A DNA stretch of 64,000 nt from Candidatus Eiseniibacteriota bacterium (lineage in GTDB: Bacteria; Eisenbacteria; RBG-16-71-46; CAZAMP01). The position numbers and the translations under genes were made by a program. This document shows, piece by piece, positions 1 to 10,530 of the stretch. The notes beneath the pieces were generated by a model. It made no database searches. It worked only from the letters and a program-made list of their open reading frames with translations, and was not told where the DNA came from. The stretch spans positions 2,592,001 to 2,656,000 of the forward strand of contig OZ245046.1 in assembly GCA_965224245.1 (NCBI GenBank). Direction: 5' to 3'. Position 1 is the first letter of the stretch. Each line of letters starts with the position of its first letter.

Positions 1-50
1 CCGGTGGGAGTCGGGGCGGCGCCGAACGTCGGGGCGGCACCGGCCCCGGT

Positions 51-204
51 GGCCCGACACCGGGGGCGATGGGGTCGGCCGTCGACCCGATGGGTGGCGA
101 ACGCCTGACGGATTAGCTTGCCTGCCAGCACTGCCTTGACCCGCAGCCAGAGCTCTCCACCCACAAGACCGAGACCAAGCCCCATCGCCCCCGGCGTCGC
201 GACC
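51..204 (-). other. Long imperfect hairpin, candidate structured RNA of unknown family
   Basis: Perfect 15-bp inverted repeat (60-74/180-194) and a 7-bp one (91-97/157-163). The intervening arms pair almost continuously only on the minus strand, through about ten G.U pairs. Confidence 0.45.
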
Positions 205-443
205 TACTCCGCGCCCGGCGCGGGGATGCTGCTCGGCGTGAAAACCGGAACCCCGACCGCGCCCGACCCACCCGTCACAAGAGCCCGCCAGAAGGCCCTC
301 AGCCGAGACGGTGTCGGTTTGCGCATGCCATTTCCTCGCCGAGCGTGCCGGTCGCGGCCGGGGTCACCCCCCCTCAAAGCACCCGACGTGCCACCGCCGG
401 CCGGGATCGGCCGACTCACGCCCCGTCGCCGACGGCCTCGATC

Positions 444-472
444 GTATCTCATTTTGATACAATGAGTTATAC
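444..472. promoter_or_regulatory. AT-rich imperfect palindrome, candidate operator/promoter
   Basis: GTAT-CTCATT-N7-AATGAG-TT-ATAC in an otherwise GC-rich intergenic region; overlaps a TATACT hexamer at 468-473. Confidence 0.35.
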
Positions 473-699
473 TGCCAGAAGCCGGACCGGACGGATGTCG
501 CGTCGGGCGTGTCGACACCATCCGGCCGCCGGGAGTGGCCGCGGCCGGGTCCGAGCCGTGTCTCCCCGTACACAGGGGTGTGTCCTTCGAGACACGGGTC
601 GAGGCACCCGGCCCGTCACGGGACCCGCGACGACCGCATGGCGTCGGGCGGCGCGAGTCGCTACGCTCCCCTGCCACGTTTCGAACCAACGGAGCGGCC

Positions 700-2310
700 G
701 TGCGACGCGTATCGGACACCCACATCTGGCGCGACCTCGAGCGACTCGCCGTCTGCCGCGCGGAGACCCGTCGCGAGCGCGTCTCCGATCGGCAGCTCCA
801 CGGTGATCCGAGCCGGCAATCGATGCCCGGCACGTTCCGGTTCGATGGCACGCCCGGCTATCCGGGGCTGGGCGACGAGAGCTACATGGCGCACTCGCCG
901 CTCCTGACGTGCTCGCTCAGCGACGAGACGTGGACGCTCGTGCTCGCGTCGAAGCGGCTGACGGGCGAGCTGCCGTTCGATCCCACAGAGCCCTTCGGTC
1001 CGCTGGCCCGGGTCGCCGCGCTGCTTCGCGCGCCGGAGGATCCTCCGTTCGCCGGCGTCATCGCCGGCTACGTCACCTACGAGTTCGGGGAGCGCCTGCT
1101 CGGCCTCACGCCTCGCACGCGCACCGGTCCCGACGCGCTCTTCTTCGTTCACGATCGGATCGCGCGACGCGTGTCCGGGGGATGGGAGATCACGTGCGCC
1201 GGTCTGCGAACCGACCCCGATCTGGACCTCGACATCGCGGGCTGGGCGAAGGGGCTGAGCGCCGGGGGGGAGCCCGATCACGCGCCGACGTCGAGACATC
1301 TCGTCACCGCCCGGGCCGACACGCGCGATCGGCCGCCCGTCCTCGGATTCGCGCCCCGCGCGCGCCGCCGGGACACCGGGACGCCGGGCGTGCGCGTGCT
1401 CTCGGACTCGTTGCCGGAGCCGGCGTACAAGGCGGCGCTGGCCAGGTTGAAGCGGTACATCGCCGCCGGCGACGTGTATCAGGCCAACCTGACCCACATG
1501 CTGACGCTCGCGGTCGACCTGCAGCCGCAGCACTACTACGCGGCACTGCGAGCGTCACACCCCGGTCCGTTCTCGTCGTACGTGATGGAGCCCGGCGGCG
1601 CGGCCGTCGTCGGCATCTCGCCCGAGCTCTTCCTGCGCGTGGACGGGCGGCGGATCCGGACGCAGCCGATCAAGGGCACGCGGCCGCGCGGCGCGTCCGT
1701 GCTCGACGACGTGGCGCAGCGCAACGCGCTCCTGGAGAGTGACAAGGACTCGGCGGAGCTCCTGATGATCGTCGATCTGATGCGAAACGACCTGGGGCGC
1801 GTGGCGCGATTCGCGTCGGTGACCGTTCCCGAGGTCAAGCGCATCGACGCCCACCCGAGCCTCTATCACCTCTCGGGCGTGATCGAGGCCGAGCTGGACG
1901 ACGACGCGTCGGTGTGGGATCTCCTGGCCGCGTCGCTGCCCGCCGGCAGCATCACCGGCGCCCCCAAGCGACGGGCGGTCGAGATCCTCAAGGAGCTCGA
2001 GCCCCACGCGCGCGGCGTGTACACCGGTGCGGTCGGCATGGTGGACTTCTCGGGTAACATGATCATGAACGTGGCGATCCGGACGATTCGCCTGATCGGC
2101 GACCGCGGGTACCTCGGGGTCGGCGGCGGCATCGTGGCCGACTCCGATCCGGATGCCGAGTGGCAGGAGACGCTGACCAAGGCGCGCGCGTTCTTCCTGG
2201 GTGACGCGCCGGAGGCGCCGAGCACACCGGCGGCTCCCTCGCCGGCGTCCGCGCCGGGCACGTCGCCCGTGCCCGATCACGCCTCCGAGCCGGGAGAGGA
2301 CGACCGGTGA
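700..2310 (+). CDS. pabB: Aminodeoxychorismate synthase component I (chorismate-binding family)
   Basis: Motifs GDVYQANL, SPELF, PIKGTRPR, AELLMIVDLMRND, GSITGAPK and GVGGGIVADS; overlaps a class IV aminotransferase gene. Start uncertain: GTG 700 after GGAG, or ATG 823. Confidence 0.85.
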   Translation: MRRVSDTHIWRDLERLAVCRAETRRERVSDRQLHGDPSRQSMPGTFRFDGTPGYPGLGDESYMAHSPLLTCSLSDETWTLVLASKRLTGELPFDPTEPFGPLARVAALLRAPEDPPFAGVIAGYVTYEFGERLLGLTPRTRTGPDALFFVHDRIARRVSGGWEITCAGLRTDPDLDLDIAGWAKGLSAGGEPDHAPTSRHLVTARADTRDRPPVLGFAPRARRRDTGTPGVRVLSDSLPEPAYKAALARLKRYIAAGDVYQANLTHMLTLAVDLQPQHYYAALRASHPGPFSSYVMEPGGAAVVGISPELFLRVDGRRIRTQPIKGTRPRGASVLDDVAQRNALLESDKDSAELLMIVDLMRNDLGRVARFASVTVPEVKRIDAHPSLYHLSGVIEAELDDDASVWDLLAASLPAGSITGAPKRRAVEILKELEPHARGVYTGAVGMVDFSGNMIMNVAIRTIRLIGDRGYLGVGGGIVADSDPDAEWQETLTKARAFFLGDAPEAPSTPAAPSPASAPGTSPVPDHASEPGEDDR

Positions 2311-3143
2311 GCGATCGCAGAGTCGCGTACGTGGACGGACGCATCGTGCCGCACGACGAGGCGGCGCTCCCGATCCGGGACGCCGGGGTGCTGTACGGGG
2401 TCGGCGTGTTCGAGACGCTCAGGGTCTACGACGGCGTGCCGCTGGCGCTGCCCGAGCACGTGGCCCGGCTGACCCGAGGCGCCGCGGGATTCGACATCGC
2501 AATGCCCGACGTGGACGTGCGCGAGATCCTGGACGACCTGGTCGCGCGCAACGCGCTCCCCGATGCGATGGTGCGCATCATCCTGACCGCGGGCGATCTG
2601 GCCACCTGGGGACCCCCGAGGCTCGTGGTCGAGGTCTCGCCGCTGCCGTCGCCGATTCCGGAGTCCGGCGTGGCGGTGCTCCTGGAGACGGTGGACGACA
2701 GGGACAGCGGACGGAAGAGCCTCTGCTACGCCGACAACGCCCTCGCGCGGCGCCGCGCCCGGAAGGCCGGCGCGGACGAGACCGTCCTCTGCGACCGGGT
2801 GGGGCGCATTCTCGAGGGCTCGTCGTCGAACGTGTTCGTGGTGATCGACGGGGCGCTCGTGACCGCGCCGCTCGATCGGCACGTGCTGGCCGGCGTCACC
2901 CGCGGCATCGTGCTCGAGATCGCGCGCGAGATGGGCATCGCGTGCATCGAGCGACACCCGAGCGTCTCGGAGCTCGACGCGGCCGACGAGGCGTTCCTGA
3001 CCAGCTCCATCCGCGAGATCGCACCGATTCACACCATGGGCATTCACCGGCTCGTCTGCCCGGGACCGGTGACCGGGCGGATCCGGAGCGGCTTCCGCTC
3101 ACTCGTCGCCCGTCGCGTCGCCGACGCGCGGGCGGGCCGCTGA
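2307..3143 (+). CDS. pabC: Class IV PLP aminotransferase, probably 4-amino-4-deoxychorismate lyase
   Basis: YGVGVFET, KSLCY, EGSSSNVF, LAGVTR, EAFLTSS; GTGA overlap with the pabB stop. Confidence 0.75.
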   Translation: MSDRRVAYVDGRIVPHDEAALPIRDAGVLYGVGVFETLRVYDGVPLALPEHVARLTRGAAGFDIAMPDVDVREILDDLVARNALPDAMVRIILTAGDLATWGPPRLVVEVSPLPSPIPESGVAVLLETVDDRDSGRKSLCYADNALARRRARKAGADETVLCDRVGRILEGSSSNVFVVIDGALVTAPLDRHVLAGVTRGIVLEIAREMGIACIERHPSVSELDAADEAFLTSSIREIAPIHTMGIHRLVCPGPVTGRIRSGFRSLVARRVADARAGR

Positions 3144-3374
3144 TCAGCTCGCCGACGCGGTCACGGAGGGCTCCTCGTCCCCGCAACCGTCGCGGCGCTG
3201 CTCCTCCACCGTTCGCCCGCACACGCCGCACCGCGTCTCGCCCAGCTCGTCACGAACCCGGCCGTTGAGCCCGCCGCAGCTGCCGGTAATGCGCCGGCCG
3301 CCGAAGATCACGCCGACGGCCATCAGCACGATCCACACGCCGAATCCGACCAGGGTGACCAGAAACGTGTTCAT
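3144..3374 (-). CDS. nqrM: Na+-NQR maturation factor NqrM (DUF539)
   Basis: 76 aa with one N-terminal TM helix, then ITGSCGGL...CGVC...C (four Cys); ATGA overlap with apbE at the end of the nqr operon. Confidence 0.85.
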   Translation of the reverse strand: MNTFLVTLVGFGVWIVLMAVGVIFGGRRITGSCGGLNGRVRDELGETRCGVCGRTVEEQRRDGCGDEEPSVTASAS

Positions 3375-4396
3375 GAGGCAGCCTCTCCGAACTGTTCGAC
3401 GAAGCGGGTGGAGCGATGCTCGATGGTGGCGCCGTCCTTCTCCTCGATCAGCAGCACCGCCAGTCCGAGGCGCTCGGCCAGGGCGATCCCGTCCGCGACG
3501 CCGAGCACGATCATGCCGGTCGCGTACGCATCGGCCATCATACACGACGCGTGCAGCACGGTGGCGGACACGACGTCGTGCGTGACCGGCCATCCGGTGC
3601 GCGGGTCGATCGTGTGGGAGTAGCGCCGACCGCCGCTGTCGAAGTAGTTGCGGTAGGTGCCGCTCGTGGCCATCGACGCGTCCTCGACGCCGAGCACGGT
3701 GTGAACGGCACGCCCGCCGGGGCCGGGCCGCTCGACCCCCAGACGCCAGGGCCGGTTCCGGAGACTCCGTCCGCCGACGCGCACCTCGCCCCCGACCTCG
3801 ACCATGTACTGTTCGATGCCGGCCTCGACGAGGAGATCCGCCACGCGGTCCACGGCGTAGCCCTTGGCGATCGCCGAGAGATCCACGTACATCCCGGGAC
3901 CGCTCAGCTGGAGCGCCGGCGGATCCCCGCGGACGTGAAGTCGATCGATCCCCACCTGCCCGCGCGCCTCGGCCACCGCCGCGTCGGGCGGGGGCTCCAC
4001 GACCCGATCGGGTGGACCGAACCCCCACAGATTCACCAGCGGCCCCACGGTGGGGTCGAACGCTCCCCCGGTCTCACGGCAGGTCTCGATCGCGGCGCGC
4101 ACGACGGTCACCGTCGCCGAGTCGACCGACACCCACTCGCCCGGCGCCGCGTCGTTCAGGCGGCTCAGGTCGGAGTCGGGCCGGTAGGTGGACATGAGCT
4201 GGTTCACGTCGTCGAGCGCGGCGACGACGTCGCGCTTCAGCGCGTCGAGCGCGGATGCGTCCTCGGTTGTGATGCACTTGACGGTGTACGTCGTGCCCAT
4301 CGTCTCGCCGGTGTGCACGAACTCGTACGACGGGCGTACGCGGACCAGCGCCACGGCCACCCCGATCGCGAGGAGTATCGCGAGGAGGCCGCGCAC
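3371..4396 (-). CDS. apbE: FAD:protein FMN transferase ApbE
   Basis: TMGTTY, AFDPTVGPLVNLWGFG, DLSAIAKGYAVD, EVGGE, ATSG, HTIDPRTG, ADAYAT; directly after nqrF. Confidence 0.95.
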   Translation of the reverse strand: MRGLLAILLAIGVAVALVRVRPSYEFVHTGETMGTTYTVKCITTEDASALDALKRDVVAALDDVNQLMSTYRPDSDLSRLNDAAPGEWVSVDSATVTVVRAAIETCRETGGAFDPTVGPLVNLWGFGPPDRVVEPPPDAAVAEARGQVGIDRLHVRGDPPALQLSGPGMYVDLSAIAKGYAVDRVADLLVEAGIEQYMVEVGGEVRVGGRSLRNRPWRLGVERPGPGGRAVHTVLGVEDASMATSGTYRNYFDSGGRRYSHTIDPRTGWPVTHDVVSATVLHASCMMADAYATGMIVLGVADGIALAERLGLAVLLIEEKDGATIEHRSTRFVEQFGEAAS

Positions 4397-4399
4397 GGG

Positions 4400-5614
4400 T
4401 CAGCCCCCGAAGTCGTCGAAGTAGATGTTCTCCTGCTCGACGCCCAGATCGGCCAGCAGCTTGAAGGCCGCGTCGTTCATCATCGGCGGCCCGCAGATGT
4501 AGTACTCGCAGTCCTCGGGCGCGGGGTGGTCCTTCAGGTACATCTCGTAGAGGACGCTGTGAATGAAGCCGGTCGGCCCGGTCCAGTTGTCCTCGGGGAG
4601 CGGCTCGGACAGCGCGAGGTGCCAGGTGAAGTTCTCGTTCTCCTCGGCGATCTTGTCGAACTCCTCGGTGTAGAACGCCTCGCGCAGGCTGCGCGCGCCG
4701 TACCAGAAGCTGACCTTGCGCTTGGTGTGGATGCGCTTGAACTGGTCGTAGATGTGCGAGCGCATGGGCGCCATCCCGGCGCCGCCGCCGATGAAGATCA
4801 TCTCGCTGTCGTTTTCGGTCGCGTAGAACTCGCCGTAGGGCCCCGAGATCGTGCACGTGTCGCCGGGCTTCAGTCCGAAGATGTACGAGGACATGATTCC
4901 CGGAGGATGGTTCGTGCTCGGCGGCGGGGTGGCCACACGCACGTTGAGCATGATGATGCCCTTCTCCTCGGGGTAGCTGGCCATCGAGTAGGCACGGGTG
5001 ACCGGCTGCTTCACCACCGACCGGAGCTCCCACAGCTTGAAGTGGTCCCAGGCGTCCCGGTACTCCTTCTCGACGTCGATGTCCTTGTACTCGACGACGT
5101 GCGGGGGACACTCGATCTGGATGTAGCCACCGGCGCGGAACCCGACGTCCTCGCCCTCGGGCAGCTCCAGCACGAGCTCCTTGATGAACGTGGCGACGTT
5201 GTGGTTCGAGCGCACCGTGCACTCCCACTTCTTGACGCCGAAGACCTCCTCGGGAACCTCGATCTTCATGTTCTGCTTCACCGACACCTGACACGAGAGC
5301 CGCTCACCCTGGCGCGCCTCCCTGGGCGTGATGTAGGTGGTCTCGGTGGGCAGGATCTCGCCCCCGCCCTCGAGCACCTTCACCCGGCACTGCGCACACG
5401 TCCCCCCGCCTCCGCAGGCCGACGAGACGAAGATCTTCTCGTTGGCCAGCACGCTCAGGAGCTTCGAGCCCGGCTCCACGTGCAGCGTCCGCTCGTCGTT
5501 CACGACGATGTCGACGGAGCCGCCGGCCACGAGCTGCGAGCGCGCCAGCAGAATGACGCCGACGAGCGCCAGCACGATCACCGTGAACATGATGACGCCG
5601 AGGATGATCTCCAT
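4400..5614 (-). CDS. nqrF: Na+-translocating NADH:quinone reductase subunit F
   Basis: [12 protein letters not shown] 2Fe-2S motif, [22 protein letters not shown]-terminal FDDFGG; start MEIILGV after a purine-rich RBS. Confidence 0.97.
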   Translation of the reverse strand: MEIILGVIMFTVIVLALVGVILLARSQLVAGGSVDIVVNDERTLHVEPGSKLLSVLANEKIFVSSACGGGGTCAQCRVKVLEGGGEILPTETTYITPREARQGERLSCQVSVKQNMKIEVPEEVFGVKKWECTVRSNHNVATFIKELVLELPEGEDVGFRAGGYIQIECPPHVVEYKDIDVEKEYRDAWDHFKLWELRSVVKQPVTRAYSMASYPEEKGIIMLNVRVATPPPSTNHPPGIMSSYIFGLKPGDTCTISGPYGEFYATENDSEMIFIGGGAGMAPMRSHIYDQFKRIHTKRKVSFWYGARSLREAFYTEEFDKIAEENENFTWHLALSEPLPEDNWTGPTGFIHSVLYEMYLKDHPAPEDCEYYICGPPMMNDAAFKLLADLGVEQENIYFDDFGG

Positions 5615-5656
5615 GACGGTGTCCCTCTTCCTCACGCGACGCTCCGGCAACCGCTC

Positions 5657-6268
5657 CTAGAGCTGGATGCCGGAGAAAGCCATGAACGCCAGGGCCATGA
5701 GCCCGGTGATGATGAACGTGATCCCGAGGCCGCGCAGCGCGGGCGGAATGTCGGAGTAGACCAGCTTCTCGCGGATTCCCGCCAGCGCCATGATCGCCAG
5801 CGCCCAGCCGGCGCCGGAGCCGAAGCCGAACACGATCGATTCGCCGAACGAGTACTCGCGCTCGACCATGAACAGCGAGCCGCCGAGGATCGCGCAGTTC
5901 ACCGTGATCAGCGGCAAGAAGATCCCCAGTGCGTTGTAGAGCGCGGGTACGAACTTATCGAGCGTCATTTCGAGAATCTGGACCATCGCGGCGATGACGC
6001 CGATGTACGTGATGAGGCCCAGGAACGACAGATCGGCCTCGGGAAGGCCGGCCCAGGCCAGTGCGCCCTCCCGGAGCACGTACGTGTAGAGGAGGTTGTT
6101 GACCGGAATCGTGATCGTCTGGACGACGACGACGGCGATCCCGAGCCCGGTGGCCGTCTCGACCTTCTTCGACACGGCCAGGAACGTACACATGCCCAGG
6201 AAGAACGCGAGCGCCATGTTCTCGACGAAGACCGCCTTCAGGAAGAGGCTGAGATATTGCTCGAACAT
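5657..6268 (-). CDS. nqrE: Na+-NQR subunit E
   Basis: [35 protein letters not shown]. Confidence 0.97.
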   Translation of the reverse strand: MFEQYLSLFLKAVFVENMALAFFLGMCTFLAVSKKVETATGLGIAVVVVQTITIPVNNLLYTYVLREGALAWAGLPEADLSFLGLITYIGVIAAMVQILEMTLDKFVPALYNALGIFLPLITVNCAILGGSLFMVEREYSFGESIVFGFGSGAGWALAIMALAGIREKLVYSDIPPALRGLGITFIITGLMALAFMAFSGIQL

Positions 6269-6904
6269 CTAGCCGTCCTCCTCGATCTGGTCACGTTTGA
6301 ACTCACGGAGGACCCAGATGAAGATGCCGATGATGAAGAACGCGCTGGGCGGCAGCAGCATGAGGCCGTTCGCGTTGTACCACCCGCCTTCGGTGACCAG
6401 AGGCAGAATGCTCTGCCCCATCAGCTTGCCGGACCCGAAGAGCTCGCGCAGCACGCCCACGATCAGCAGGATGATGCTGTAACCGAGCCCGTTCCCGATC
6501 CCGTCCAGGAAGCTGGGGATCACGCCGTTCTTCATCGCGAACGCCTCGGCCCGGCCCATCACGATGCAGTTGGTGATGATGAGCCCCACGAACACCGAGA
6601 GCTGCTTGGAGATCTCGAACGCGTACGCCTTGAGGAACTGATCCACGACGATCACCAGCGACGCGATGATCGTCATCTGGACGATGATGCGAATGTTGCC
6701 CGGGATGTGATTGCGAATCAGCGCCACCGACGCGTTCGACATCGCGATCACGAAGATGACGGCCAGACACATGACGACGACCGTCTCGAGCTTGCTCGTG
6801 ACCGCCAGCGCCGAACAGATCCCGAGCACCTGGAGCGCGATCGGGTTCTGATCGAACACCGGCCCGAAGAGGATCGAGCGGTAGCTGGTGGGGGCATCAG
6901 ACAT
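6269..6904 (-). CDS. nqrD: Na+-NQR subunit D
   Basis: [37 protein letters not shown]. Confidence 0.97.
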   Translation of the reverse strand: MSDAPTSYRSILFGPVFDQNPIALQVLGICSALAVTSKLETVVVMCLAVIFVIAMSNASVALIRNHIPGNIRIIVQMTIIASLVIVVDQFLKAYAFEISKQLSVFVGLIITNCIVMGRAEAFAMKNGVIPSFLDGIGNGLGYSIILLIVGVLRELFGSGKLMGQSILPLVTEGGWYNANGLMLLPPSAFFIIGIFIWVLREFKRDQIEEDG

Positions 6905-7730
6905 GTGGCACCTCACGAATCCCGCGGCGTGGAAGGGTACCGGCACTGGGCGCCTCGCCTCCGAGGCCCTCGGTCCGCTTCCGATCCAGGTAGTGACCGA
7001 AGCCGTTCTCGCTGATCCAGTAGCGCACGGTTCCGCTGACCCCGCGCGCGGTGATCGTCGCGCCCGAAAGACCGTCTACCTGATGGATCGCATCGGGGCT
7101 CGACGCGTTGACCGACCCCTTGATGACCTCGGCCGCGACGTTGCCGTCGTCGTCGAACACCTTCTTTCCGATCCACGTGCTCTTCCAGCGAGGATTGTCC
7201 ACCTCGCCACCGAGCCCCGGCGTCTCCCCGTGCTCGTAGAATCCGAACCCCTTGACGGTGTTGAGGTCGGGCTCGAGCGCCAGGAAGCCGTACATCGTCG
7301 ACCAGAGCCCCTTGCCGTGGATCGGGATGATGACGCCGTCGACGTCGTCCCCGTTCTTGATCAGATAGACGGGGGCGTACTTCGAGCGGCGACCGATGCC
7401 GGCGGCATCCGCCGAGCGCGGGATCTCCACGCTCGTCTCGGGAGTCTTGGCCGCCTTGCGCTGGTCGAACGTCTCGACCGGGAAGGCGTCGGTGTACTCT
7501 CCGGTCTCGAGGTCGACGAGACGCGCCTCGATGTGCTCGTCGTAGATCGCATCCACGTCGGCGACCTCCGAGTAGCCGGCCGCGGCCAGGATGTTCCTCT
7601 TCTTGTCGGCGGCCTTGTTCGCCTCCTGGGTGTCGCGCAGGAAGACCGCCGCACTCGACACGAAGATCGAGCAGACGATGCACAGCGACGTCGCGACGAT
7701 CACGATCTTCGCGGGCGAGTCGTTACGCAT
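6897..7730 (-). CDS. nqrC: Na+-NQR subunit C
   Basis: [24 protein letters not shown]-attachment motif DGLSGATIT. Confidence 0.97.
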   Translation of the reverse strand: MRNDSPAKIVIVATSLCIVCSIFVSSAAVFLRDTQEANKAADKKRNILAAAGYSEVADVDAIYDEHIEARLVDLETGEYTDAFPVETFDQRKAAKTPETSVEIPRSADAAGIGRRSKYAPVYLIKNGDDVDGVIIPIHGKGLWSTMYGFLALEPDLNTVKGFGFYEHGETPGLGGEVDNPRWKSTWIGKKVFDDDGNVAAEVIKGSVNASSPDAIHQVDGLSGATITARGVSGTVRYWISENGFGHYLDRKRTEGLGGEAPSAGTLPRRGIREVPHV

Positions 7731-8931
7731 AGCGTGCCAGCCTCCGCTTGATGTTGGCCTGAACCACCGCGTGGTCGATCAGCGGCGCGAAGGTGTTCCC
7801 GAAGAGAATGGCCAGCATGATGCCCTCGGGGAACGCCGGGTTGATCACGCGGATGAGCACCGTCATGAAGCCGATGAGAAGCCCGTACCAGATGCGTCCG
7901 GTGTCGGTGAACGCCGACGAGACCGGATCGGTGGTCATGAAGACGATACCGAACGCCGCTCCCCCCACCAGGAGATGCCAGTGAGGTGGCATCTGGAACG
8001 CCGGGTTCGTGTCGCTTCCGATGGCGTAGAGCGCACCCGAGGTCGCCAGAATCCCCACCGTGGTCGCCAGCATCGTGCGCCACGACCCCACGCGCGATCC
8101 GATCAGGATGACCGCCCCTATGAGGCACGCGAGCGTGGACGTCTCCCCCATCGACCCCTGGATCGTGCCCACGAACGCCTGCTGCCAGGTCATCGCGGCG
8201 TGGACGGGAGCCATGCCGTCGGCGGCCACCAGGCCGAGCGCGGTGGCGCCGGAGAACCCATCCACGGCCGTCCAGATCGCGTCGCCGGAGATCTCGCCGG
8301 GATAGGCGAAGTAGAGAAACGCCCGCGCGGTGAGCGCGGGGTTCAGGAAGTTCTTCCCGGTACCGCCGAAGATCTCCTTGCCGATCACGGTGCCGAACAC
8401 GATCCCGATCGCCACCTGCCACAGCGGGATGGTCGCCGGGAGGGTCAGGGGATAGAGGATGCCGGTTACGAGGAAGCCCTCGTTCACCTCGTGCTTGCGG
8501 ATGCTGGCGAACGTGACCTCGCAGATCCCGCCGAAGATGTTGGCGACCAGGTACACCGGGATGAAGTACAGCGCCCCGTGCACGAGGTTCGCGAGCACGT
8601 TGTTGGCATCGTATCCGATCCCGAGAAACCCGATCAGCGCGCCCCGCCAGCCGGTGGTCTCGGCCATGGCCAGGTTCTGGAGCGCCGTGTTGGCCTGGAG
8701 CCCGGTGTTGTACATGGCCATCAGGATCGCCGGGATCAGGGCGAACGCGACCGTGATCATCATGCGCTTGAGGTCCATCGCGTCACGGACGTGCGAGGCG
8801 CCCTTCGTCACGTCGGGCGGCGTGTAAATGAACGTGTCGATGGCCTCGTAGAGCGGGAACAGCTTGTGGAGCTTCCCCCCCTCCTGGAAGTGAGGCTCGA
8901 CGCGATCCAGGGCCGATCTGAGGATCTTCAT
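7723..8931 (-). CDS. nqrB: Na+-NQR subunit B
   Basis: [31 protein letters not shown] motif [28 protein letters not shown]. Confidence 0.97.
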   Translation of the reverse strand: MKILRSALDRVEPHFQEGGKLHKLFPLYEAIDTFIYTPPDVTKGASHVRDAMDLKRMMITVAFALIPAILMAMYNTGLQANTALQNLAMAETTGWRGALIGFLGIGYDANNVLANLVHGALYFIPVYLVANIFGGICEVTFASIRKHEVNEGFLVTGILYPLTLPATIPLWQVAIGIVFGTVIGKEIFGGTGKNFLNPALTARAFLYFAYPGEISGDAIWTAVDGFSGATALGLVAADGMAPVHAAMTWQQAFVGTIQGSMGETSTLACLIGAVILIGSRVGSWRTMLATTVGILATSGALYAIGSDTNPAFQMPPHWHLLVGGAAFGIVFMTTDPVSSAFTDTGRIWYGLLIGFMTVLIRVINPAFPEGIMLAILFGNTFAPLIDHAVVQANIKRRLARYA

Positions 8932-8934
8932 CGA

Positions 8935-10290
8935 CTAGCCATCCCTCTCGATCACCGTGAGCGCCTCGCGCAGCAGAGGCGCGTACTCGGTCTTGCCGGG
9001 GCAGACGAACGTGCACAGCCCGAGATCTTCCTCGTCGAGCTCGAGGACACCGAGGTCCTGGGCCCGCTGATAGTCCTTCGACACGAGCGATCGGAGCAGG
9101 AACGTCGGGATGATGTCGAGCGGCATCACGTCCTCGTACATGCCGATCGGGACCATCGCGCGCTTGCTGCCGTTGGTCGTGGTCGTGAGCGGGAACTTCT
9201 TGCCGGGCGTCAGCGCCGACGCATACACGGGCCGGGTCGAGTACTTGTCACGACCGGGCATCTGCCAGCCGAGGAGCTCGCGCCTCCGATTCTCCCGGAT
9301 GACCGACACCTGGAGGTGGTAGCGCCCCAGGAACGCCAGGGGGCCGTCGGTCGCGTCGTCACCCGAGAGCACCGACCCCGAGACGACGCGGGCCGGCGAC
9401 ACGGAGAGCTCGTCGGAGACGAGGTCGGTCGTCGAGGCGCCCACCCGCGTGCGCACGAGCCGCGGGTGCTTCACGGCCGGGCCGGCCAGAGAGACGATGC
9501 GTTCGGTCCAGATCTGACCGGTGACCAGGAGCTTGCCCAGCGCGATCACGTCCTGGTAGCCGATGTGCCAGACCACACGCTCGGCGTTGACCGGATCCAC
9601 GAGGTGGATGTGGGTTCCCACGAGGCCCGCCGGGTGGCGGCCCTGGAAATCGTGTACGGTGACCGCGGGATGGCCCGGATCGGGGATCTTTGACCCCGCC
9701 ATGCGACAGAGATGGACGCCCTTGGGCGCCAGGACGGTCAGCGCACGCACGCCGTTGACGAAGTCGCGCTCGTGCTCGGCCACGACGACGGCGGGGTCGG
9801 CGGCCAGCGGATTGGTGTCGCTGGCGGTCACGAAGATCGAGCGCGGCGAGGACTCCACGCCCGGCGTCCGGCTGTACGGCCGCGTGCGCAGGGCGGTCCA
9901 GGCGCCGGACTCGATCATGACCCGGCGCAGCCTGGCCTCGGGGATCGAATCGAGGCCGCCCTCGGGGAACTTCTCGAACGTCTCGGCGCCCCCGTCGGAC
10001 ACCGCGATCACGACCGACTGGAGCGCGCGCCTGTCGCCGCGGTTGATCGCCGTCACGCGGCCGGCCGCGGGAGAGGTGAAGATCACGCCCTCGTTCTTCT
10101 TGTCCGAGAACAGCGGCTGCCCCAGCCGGACCGAGTCGCCTTCCTTGACGAGCATGGTCGGCCGCATGCCGACGTAGTCGGGCCCCTTCAGCGCCACCGT
10201 GCGGGCCTGGCGGCCCGGGGTGATCTTCTGATCGGGATCGCCCGTGATCGGGAGCGTGAGGCCCTTCTTGATCTTGAACACTGAACCCAT
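8935..10290 (-). CDS. nqrA: Na+-NQR subunit A
   Basis: [42 protein letters not shown]; start set at [10 protein letters not shown]. Confidence 0.96.
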   Translation of the reverse strand: MGSVFKIKKGLTLPITGDPDQKITPGRQARTVALKGPDYVGMRPTMLVKEGDSVRLGQPLFSDKKNEGVIFTSPAAGRVTAINRGDRRALQSVVIAVSDGGAETFEKFPEGGLDSIPEARLRRVMIESGAWTALRTRPYSRTPGVESSPRSIFVTASDTNPLAADPAVVVAEHERDFVNGVRALTVLAPKGVHLCRMAGSKIPDPGHPAVTVHDFQGRHPAGLVGTHIHLVDPVNAERVVWHIGYQDVIALGKLLVTGQIWTERIVSLAGPAVKHPRLVRTRVGASTTDLVSDELSVSPARVVSGSVLSGDDATDGPLAFLGRYHLQVSVIRENRRRELLGWQMPGRDKYSTRPVYASALTPGKKFPLTTTTNGSKRAMVPIGMYEDVMPLDIIPTFLLRSLVSKDYQRAQDLGVLELDEEDLGLCTFVCPGKTEYAPLLREALTVIERDG

Positions 10291-10487
10291 GGCCCCTCGG
10301 ATCGCCGACGCGCCGTGCACGCCGAGCCCTTCGTTTGGGATCCGCACGAGCGGCGCGCGCACCGCGTTCGTCGCGAGTTTCGACGCCCGCCGCACTCTCC
10401 CGGACGCGCCGCAACTGCTTGTGGAGCCTGGCGGAACGCGTCCGGAACTCGATCTTCGATCGCCCGAGCTGGCAACGAAAGCGAGAG

Positions 10488-10516
10488 AGCATAGCCCCAT
10501 TCGGACGGGTCGTCCA
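10488..10516 (-). promoter_or_regulatory. Candidate sigma70 promoter of the nqr operon
   Basis: TGGACG-N17-TATGCT on the minus strand, about 200 bp upstream of nqrA. Confidence 0.35.
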
Positions 10517-10530
10517 GTCCAGTCCCACGC

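Noticed and set aside
113..143. Calling the left-edge hairpin SRP RNA or 6S RNA
   Set aside because: The apex lacks the GNRA loop and the exact CAGG/AGCA symmetric loop, and there is no 6S-like central bubble; left unassigned.
3416..7015. Very long antisense and alternate-frame ORFs (e.g. 3416-7015+, 7591-9693+, 44984-47878+, 59062-62076+)
   Set aside because: They shadow well-supported genes on the other strand or frame, carry no motifs, and are expected at this GC content.
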